Both the position numbers and the translations under genes were made by a program. The notes under the pieces were generated by a model. It was not told the origin of the DNA and did no database searches. It worked only from the letters and a program-made list of their open reading frames with translations. A stretch of DNA of 63,436 bases, the filler included, from Thraustochytrium aureum (lineage: Eukaryota), in NCBI GenBank assembly GCA_012862495.1. It is 10 parts of 5 records of this genome, joined end to end, with 100 filler letters (N's around TTAATTAATTAA, not from the genome) between each part and the next. Parts side by side here need not be neighbours in the genome. Positions count along the whole stretch, not along the records: positions 52,991 to 59,008 come from BLSG01000009.1; positions 59,109 to 61,085 come from BLSG01000009.1; positions 61,186 to 62,227 come from BLSG01000010.1; positions 62,328 to 63,436 come from BLSG01000010.1; 6 more parts are not named here. One strand, 5' to 3'. Shown here one piece after another: positions 56,501 to 63,436 of the stretch. Each line of letters begins with the position of its first letter. Position 1 is the first letter of the stretch.

Positions 56501-59008
56501 CGTGGGTAAAGCACTGGCGCGCCAATCAGTCGGTGCGAGCGGCTGCGGCCATCTGGCGCGCCAAAGCAGAGCTCGGACGTCGCAGACGCGCCCTGCGCCG
56601 CGTGCAAGGTTTCGCACGTGGCGCGCTCGTGCGCCTCGAGCTGCGGCGCTCGCGCAAAGCCGCCCAAGCGATCGGGGAGGCAGCGCGCGCCTGCTTGCTG
56701 CGGCGCCGCATGCGCATGCTGCACGCCGTGGTGCTTCGGATGCAAGCGGCGGCCCGGTCGTTCGTAGTGCGCAACCGACTGCACTGGCGAAAAGTCCGAG
56801 CCTCGACCGCCATTCAAGCTGCCTGGCGGGGCAGGGCGCTGCGCCGCTCGATCCCGCAGGTGCTCGACCACATGGCCGCCAAGCGCCACGAGCGATTCTG
56901 CATTCGCGCTGCAGCTCGTCTCCAGAGCCTGTGGCATTCGTTTCTTGTGCGGCGCAGGTTCCGCACCCTCGTGTCGGCGGCGTTGCGCGTCCAGCAGTGG
57001 GTCAGTACCTTCCTGCTCCGCGACAGGTTTTGCCGCATCCGTCGCGACGTGCGCACGCTGCAGCGCGTGGCCCGCGGGTTTCTAGCCCGGGCACTCCGGC
57101 GGCGCATTCTCACAGAACAGATGCTCGACGACCTCGCGTGGAGGATCAACCAGGTTCGCTACCGCGAGGCCTACGACATTGCTCTTTGGAACAACAAGCG
57201 GCACGAGATTCAAGAGCCCTCCGATGCGTTTGAGCAGCGGTCGACTTTGCGCGCGACCCGGTTTCTCGCGGACGCAAGCATGTGCACGCGCTCCTGGAGG
57301 CCGACGTCCTGGCCGACGTATCGCAGGCCTTTCCGGCAGGCTCGTTTGCCAAGGCACTAGCTGGGGTCGACCGCGGTGCTCTCGTCGGGCTTGACAACGG
57401 GCTCAACCACGCCGTTGCTCTTGCGCAGGACGGCCGCGTGTACACCTGGGGGTTTTCCGACCGCGGGCAGCTCGGCCATTCTGCCTTTCACTCGGTAAAG
57501 GTTCCACGAGCGATCCAATCACTTGCCGCTCGTATCGTCCAAGTCGCCGCAGGCGACGACTTTACCCTCGCTCGCACCGACAAGGGCAAGGTTTTTTCGT
57601 GGGGCGCCGGTTCGCGCGGCCAACTTGGCCACAACAGCACGCGGAATGAGTCGGCACCGCGGGTAGTTGAGGCTCTGCAGCTCCGCAACGTGGTCGCCAT
57701 TGCCGCTGGCGCCTCGCATAGTCTTGCTTCCGTCTCGACTGGGCTCCTGTATACGTGGGGCGGGCCAGGCGCTGTGGTTGGGCAGGGCGCATTTGTCGGG
57801 ACTGGAGACTGCCTCGCCCCGCAGCCCGTTCGCGAGCTGGCCCGGGAGCGCGTCGTTTCGATGAGCGCCGGGCGCGACTTTAGCGCCGTTGCAACCAAGT
57901 CTGGTCGGGCGTATGCGTGGGGCGACAACGCTTTCGGGCAGCTCGGGAACGGGCGTGCTGGTGGAGCTGTCTTGGTGCCAAAGCGTGTCCCCATCCCTTC
58001 GAGCGAAGGAATCTCGCACGTTGCTTGCGGAGGCCGCCACGCCGTTGCAATCGACAGCAATGGCGTCCTTTTTGCCTGGGGAAGCAACGCGCATGGGCAG
58101 GTCGGCACCGGTAAAGACGCCGCGATCGTGCCCAACCCGCAGCGCATCAAGCTCCCAGGCGCGGCTATCCAAGCGGCCCTTGGCTGGCGGCATTCGGTCG
58201 TCTTGTGCAAGGGCGAGAGGGTGCTGACGTGGGGGGTGACGAGTCTTGCGCTCAGCGACGGCCGCGCGGTCGATGAAGCTATCCTCTCAAGCGTCGAGGA
58301 CGGAGCGTTCCGGCAGTGGACCCCAAAGGCCGTTGCGCTCAACCTGTCGGCTTGCGGCCGCAAGACGTCGAGCTTGCTGGTCTCAAAGGCGCACACTGTG
58401 TCGCTGACTGGGCTAGCTTATGAGCAAAAGCCGGCCACCGTCTCCATGCTGGCCACGCCTGTCCTTGGCAAGCTGGAGACTCCCTTTCAAAGCACGTTCA
58501 AGACCAAGCCCCTGGCCACCGCGGTGGCCAGCAAGCCGTCGCAGTTGCTCGTCTCATCGCAGACAACTGCAACCAGCCGGGCCGAAGCTTCGCAGCCTCC
58601 GGCGCTCGTAGAGAGCGTCTTGGTAGACCGCTCTGGCGAGCGCATCGATCTGGACAAGTTGCCGCGCGACTCGCTCAAAGCGCTCGTCAGGCGCCTCGTC
58701 GACAACCCGGGCGCCGTCACGGCCTTCTTGGACGAGCCGCGCCCCGCCAGCAGCCCAATTGCCCATGCTAGCTTCAACGGCACGACGCTGGTTGACGTGC
58801 GGCCCATGTCGCCCAAGCGAAGCCGAGCCTCTTCCGCAACGCTCCGGGCTGCGGCAAAGGCCCAAGCCCAGGCCCAGGATGCCTTTGTTGTGCCCAGGGA
58901 CAAAGTGGAGGCCTTGCGCGCCGCGGAGCTGCAGGCGCGCCGGCGAGAGGCCCGCGAGACGCGCGAGGGCTCTTCGCGGGAGCCAGGCGAGTGGTTTGCT
59001 CCAAGGCG
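53506..59008 (+). CDS. Unconventional myosin: SH3-like N-terminus, motor, multiple IQ motifs, RCC1-repeat tail (frameshifts near 53695, 54827, 57260; 3' truncated)
   Basis: ISGESGAGKTES, LEALGNAKTLRNDNSSRFGK, ERNYHIFY, ILDIFGFE, FEQFCINFANEKL, PHFVRCLK; IQxxxR repeats; RCC1 repeats VYTWG..GQLG, IVQVAAGDDFT, HVACGGRH. Confidence 0.92.
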
Positions 59009-59108
59009 NNNNNNNNNNNNNNNNNNNNNNNNNNNNNNNNNNNNNNNNNNNNTTAATTAATTAANNNNNNNNNNNNNNNNNNNNNNNNNNNNNNNNNNNN
59101 NNNNNNNN

Positions 59109-59903
59109 TGGAACGCCATGACGACCTACAAGGTGCAGGCGATCCCGCTGCGGAGCAGCTGGGTCATGACCTGCGCCTACGAGCAGAGCCAGAACGACAT
59201 GGTGGCCTGTGGCGGCCTTGACAATATTTGCTCGGTGTACAAGCTCGGCACAGAGGGCGGCCTCTCCGTGACGCGGGCCCACCGCGAGCTGGCCGCACAC
59301 GAGGGCTACTTGAGCTGCTGCCGCTTCAACGGGCCGAACCAGATCATTACCTCTTCGGGGGACGCAACCTGCATTCAGTGGGACATCGAAACCGGCGCCA
59401 AGATCAACGTCTTCCAGGAGCACGAAGCAGACGTCATGTCTGTGGCCATCAACCGCCTTGACCCACACGTCTTTGCCTCGGGCTCCACGGACTCGACGGC
59501 ACGCGTTTTCGACACGCGCATGGGCCGCTGCACGTGGAGCTTTGCCGGGCACGAAAGCGACATCAACTCCGTGTCGTTCTTCCCGGACGGCCATGCCATC
59601 GGGACTGGCTCGGACGACTCGAACTGCAAAATTTTTGACCTTCGTGCCTGCCGCGAGCTGTGCACATATGGGGCTGACTCGATCGTGTGCGGGGTCACCT
59701 GTGTGGACTTTTCCTCGTCGGGGCGGATTATGTTTGCGGGCTACGATGACTTTAACTGCTACGGGTGGGACGTGACGACTAACGAGCGCCGACCGTTCCA
59801 GCTGCGATGTCACGAGAACCGCGTTAGCTGCTTGCAATCGAGCCCGGCCGGCAACGCTCTAGCGACGGGGTCTTGGGACTCGTTGCTCAAGGTGTTGGCG
59901 TAG
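59109..59903 (+). CDS. GNB1: Heterotrimeric G-protein beta subunit (5' truncated)
   Basis: KVQAIPLRSSWVMTCAY, ACGGLDNICSVY, HEGYLSCCRF, TSSGDATC, GHESDINSV, TGSDD, AGYDD, HENRVSCL, ATGSWDSLLK. Confidence 0.96.
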   Translation, partial: WNAMTTYKVQAIPLRSSWVMTCAYEQSQNDMVACGGLDNICSVYKLGTEGGLSVTRAHRELAAHEGYLSCCRFNGPNQIITSSGDATCIQWDIETGAKINVFQEHEADVMSVAINRLDPHVFASGSTDSTARVFDTRMGRCTWSFAGHESDINSVSFFPDGHAIGTGSDDSNCKIFDLRACRELCTYGADSIVCGVTCVDFSSSGRIMFAGYDDFNCYGWDVTTNERRPFQLRCHENRVSCLQSSPAGNALATGSWDSLLKVLA

Positions 59904-60357
59904 TTGCGCGGGCTGTTTTTTTTTCTCTGGCCAGTTTCGCCCGGGTCGCGCGTGTCTTTGACTTGGGCGGCGAGGAGCCGCCCGCCGCAGCCGGCGGCGC
60001 GGCGCGCTCCCCTGGATCCTACCATATACCTATAGTCCGTTCCCCACCTGCCTGCCAACGGAACGGAGAACAGAGCAGAGGCTTGTGGGAACGCCCAGCG
60101 GCGCAATTGCGCCTCGCTGCTGATCTCTCTTGCACTAGAGGGTGTTGAGAGATACGGGGCCAAGCAGCAGCAAGCCGCCGCGCCCGCCAGGCACGCACAT
60201 TCACTTCACTTGGGGGAAGAAGAACTAGAAAAATCAGCGGTTTCGATTCTTTCCACTCGGTTTCGCTGCAGACGCAGCCGTCAACTGCTGCTGCGACTCC
60301 GGCTGCGACTCCGGTTGCGGCTCCGGCCGGCAGTGCTCGCACGACCTACAGCGAGAT

Positions 60358-61085
60358 TCACTTGTGCTTTTCTTCCTCGGAGCCTGCGCCGCCGAGCGCG
60401 TCTGCGTAAAAGTTCCAAACGCAAATGCACTTGTCAAGGCCGACAGAAACGATCTGCTTTTCGTCCGGGCTCCAAGCGATCGCCGAGATGTCGGTGAACC
60501 CGTTGGCGGGCGAGGTGGCGACCAGCACGCCCCGGGACAAGTCCCAAACGCGCACTCGAGCGTCAGACGAGCTCGCAGCGATAAACTTGCCTGTGAGCGG
60601 CGAGACCTGCACCGAGGTAAACGCAATGGCGCCGGCGACAGAGCCCGAGCGCCCGTTGGCGGTGACCTGCGACACTGGCTCTGGGACGTCAAAGTCCCAT
60701 GTGAGCAAGCGGCCGTCGGATCCGGCGGTGACAAGCTCGTTCTCGCTGTCGAGGCGCTGCGTCATGCTCGTGAAGACCCCGTCGCGGTCCCACTGGTGCC
60801 GAACCATGCGCCGCTCCTTTTTCAAGTCGTAGGTAAATACGGCACGGTCCGCGCCACAAGAGTGCAGGAGATGTGCTTGCCGGCAGTCGGGCACGAGCCC
60901 GGTGACCGCCTTGCCCATGTGGTCGGCGAACTCGAAGAGCTGTGCTTTGGAGGAGCGCGACCAGAGCCGGACGCCCCCGCGAAGCCCGCCGGTTGCGTAG
61001 TACAGCTTGGTCGCGCAGACTACGTTGACCCCGTCTCGGTGGGCGCGCGAAATCTCCCAGGTCTGCTGGCCCGCTTGCGGGCCAC
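60358..61085 (-). CDS. WD40-repeat protein, CFAP52/WDR16-like C-terminal part (5' truncated)
   Basis: AHRDGV, ATGG..GVRLW, HSCGADRAVFTYDL, TAGSDGRLLTWD, VRVWDL, WSPDEKQIVSVG.D..ICVWNFY. Confidence 0.7.
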
Positions 61086-62328
61086 NNNNNNNNNNNNNNN
61101 NNNNNNNNNNNNNNNNNNNNNNNNNNNNNTTAATTAATTAANNNNNNNNNNNNNNNNNNNNNNNNNNNNNNNNNNNNNNNNNNNNATTGCCATTTGAGCC
61201 CTGACTGTCGCAACATCCGTGTTAGAAAACCCTCAGATCTGCGAGGCGTGGAGGCGCACGTGGCTGAATAGGCTATGACTGAACACGGTACGCGTCTGCC
61301 CGGACTGGACTTGCTCTTCAGGAACACGCCGCAATCGTCGGCGTTTGTGGAAGACCCGCCTTCCGACGAGGTATGCACAGTGTAGCGGACAATCCCGTGG
61401 CCTGTTATGATGCGACGTGGAGCGAGCTTGCGCTCGAAGGTGCACAGGTCGCAGAGCATGTCGCTTGGACGAGGAAGCCCTTGACTCCGATCCCTTTTCG
61501 CGACGCGGTTGTTCGCTGCCACGAAACGGGTTGTCAGTGGCTGGCTTTTGTCCACCGGGTGGCCAGCGACCAGCTTCTAAGTGCAGCCTCGGGTTCCCTC
61601 CCGTTTCGCGTCGAGCTAAAATCGGCCGCCGAGCTTGCGCGGTTCATCAACCGAGCCCGGCGTCGACGAACGTAAGCTTGCTCCCGTCAACCGAGCTCGG
61701 GGCGAATCGCGGGCCTTTACCCCTGCTGGCGAGCTCATCCAAAACCATACGCCGCACAAAAAGCGCCGCGCTTCATCCCGCCCGGCAAGAGCTTAACTAG
61801 ACTGCGCGCAACTGAGCGAGCGCATGCTCGTCCGTCCAAGAGTTGCGGGCCTTCCCCGGATCTTGGCGTATGTAGACGAGAGCTGGGTTGTCTCCAGCTC
61901 TCTACTACTAGTAGCTACTTGAGTAGTAGAGGAGAGCTCTAGCAGAGCTAGTAGCGTAGAGTGAAACTGGCTGGCAGCTGTGCGTGGGGTTGGCTAGCGT
62001 TGGGGAACTGCTGGACGCTATCGCGAAGTCATGGGGCGCATGACTGGTGGCTCGCTCTTCGGGCCGCTCCGCTCTATTTGTAGTTGCACACACATGTAGG
62101 CCGGCTGGCGCACAGTCATTCAACAGTCTCCTGCCACACATCGCTGGCCCGGCACGAGTTACACAACGCAACTTCAATTCAAGCACGCGAGTCGCACCAC
62201 TTCCACCGATAGTATGTAGTCAACATANNNNNNNNNNNNNNNNNNNNNNNNNNNNNNNNNNNNNNNNNNNNTTAATTAATTAANNNNNNNNNNNNNNNNN
62301 NNNNNNNNNNNNNNNNNNNNNNNNNNNT

Positions 62329-63436
62329 AAGGTCCTGGTTTTTGAGCGCCGGCCCAACCTTGGGACTCTGTCCATTGGCTCCTCCACGTGGTCGCAAACA
62401 GCAACCTTGAAGAAAAGTCACAAAATCCAGGACATTGCAATTTGCAACGGCCTGCTCGTGGTCGGATACCCTTTGAAAGTCCTACTTTTTGAGAGAACTA
62501 CTAGTGGCTGGGCCAAACGCAAGATTACGAGCGAGATTACGTTTTCAGTGGCATATTCACGTTTACCCGAGTCGAAATTCGGGGAAACGGTGGCGGTTGG
62601 GCCAAGCTTCGTTGCAGTTGGCGACCCGCTTCAAAACAGCGTTTATGTTTTCAGCCGCCGCTTTGATGGCAGTGGCATTGGCGGTTCCGTGTCATCGGAG
62701 AGACTCTGGGAAACCTCACCCACAGCATACGATGTACTTCTGGGCCGGAACGAGAAGCGCGGCATTCGCATGTCGCTGTCCATGGATGACACGACAATCG
62801 TGGTCAGCTTTGCCAGTGGAGATTCTACTGGCCTCGCAGATATCTTCGAGTTTTCCGGACGACGCTGGGCTCTGGTTACCCTTCTCCGACTCCAGACAGA
62901 AGTTCTGGATTTCATTCCCTGGAAGGTTGACGTCGCCGGAGACGTTTTGCTTGCTCGATCAACCAAGCCTCCAAATAACATCAAAAGAATCCTCCAAAGC
63001 CCTGTCGTGGAGCCGAAGGCTCTGGTGTTTCAACGCTCAAGCAGACGAGGGTGGGACCCACAACCCATCGTTGAGCTTAGTCAACAACGAGAATTCTCCT
63101 CGGCGGGAATAGCCGGCACGGCGATCCTCACGTCTACCGAGCATCCACCAGACTTTCCTTCCGAGGTTCGCAATGTTTTGAACTTGCACAGGATCCAAGA
63201 TGATGGAGCCACGCCCATAATTGCCAGAACCCTGTTCACAAGAGGTAGCTCTCGCGTCGTGGTGGCCCAGGGCAAAGGCACAATCGTGTACTGCGTCGGC
63301 AGTTCCTGCTTCCCGGTGCTTACTGATGTAGTCATAGAGACGTCAGAGCCAACGAAATCCCCAACGAGCGGTCCCACAGGACAACCCACCAAAGTACCAA
63401 CAACGAGGCCAACGTCAGCTCCAACGAGCGGCCCAA
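62329..63436 (+). CDS. Divergent FG-GAP-like beta-propeller followed by PT-rich stalk (partial at both ends)
   Basis: My translation is open throughout: LVVGYPLKVLLFER..W, SKFGETVAVG..VAVGDP..SVYVF, TIVVS..ADIFEFSG..W; ends EPTKSPTSGPTGQPTKVPTTRPTSAPT. Confidence 0.7.

Noticed and set aside
7470..57270. Pervasive frameshifts (~7475, 10567, 15280, 28237, 28955, 30809, 33252, 36805, 39243, 52275, 53695, 54827, 57260) as programmed frameshifting, RNA editing or micro-introns
   Set aside because: They go in both directions, mostly sit in homopolymer runs (G5, A6, C4, G6, A5), share no motif, and hit essential genes. This is the signature of homopolymer sequencing error.
61186..61675. Possible 3' end of a gene (ORF 61373-61675)
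   Set aside because: It looks coding-like but has no recognisable motif and the upstream frames are broken, so no call is supportable.
1146..62283. TTAATTAATTAA as a biological repeat or PiggyBac TTAA target site
   Set aside because: It is always embedded in fixed-length N padding and is a synthetic six-frame-stop linker. Gene neighbourhoods across linkers are not real.

Overview
Eukaryotic, GC-rich, apparently intron-poor DNA. It is not one locus. Ten separate scaffold pieces are joined by artificial N-TTAATTAATTAA-N linkers (1146, 2341, 31341, 42253, 44472, 52935, 59053, 61130, 62272), and several pieces have internal N gaps. About 14 single-base frameshifts, most in homopolymer runs, split otherwise intact genes and look like sequencing errors. 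The gene content (class C GPCR, G-protein beta, CCDC81, CFAP52-like WD40, RCC1-tailed myosin, Nup98-96, PHB2, Copia retroelements) suggests a flagellated heterotrophic protist, possibly a stramenopile such as a labyrinthulomycete; this is inference only. The most striking elements are: (1) a tandem array of genes fusing an SLC35A-type nucleotide-sugar transporter to a type II glycosyltransferase-like domain; (2) a PheT-like tRNA-binding OB fold fused to an M32 carboxypeptidase; (3) a calponin-homology + SAM + actin-fold protein; (4) a secreted FG-GAP double propeller + mucin stalk + vWA protein, with near-invariant repeat frameworks and hypervariable loops; (5) a cluster of two EGF-7TM orphan receptors flanking a class C GPCR; (6) recurrent CTAG/AGCT palindromic patches at gene boundaries. 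All domain calls come from motif recognition by eye, not from database searches.
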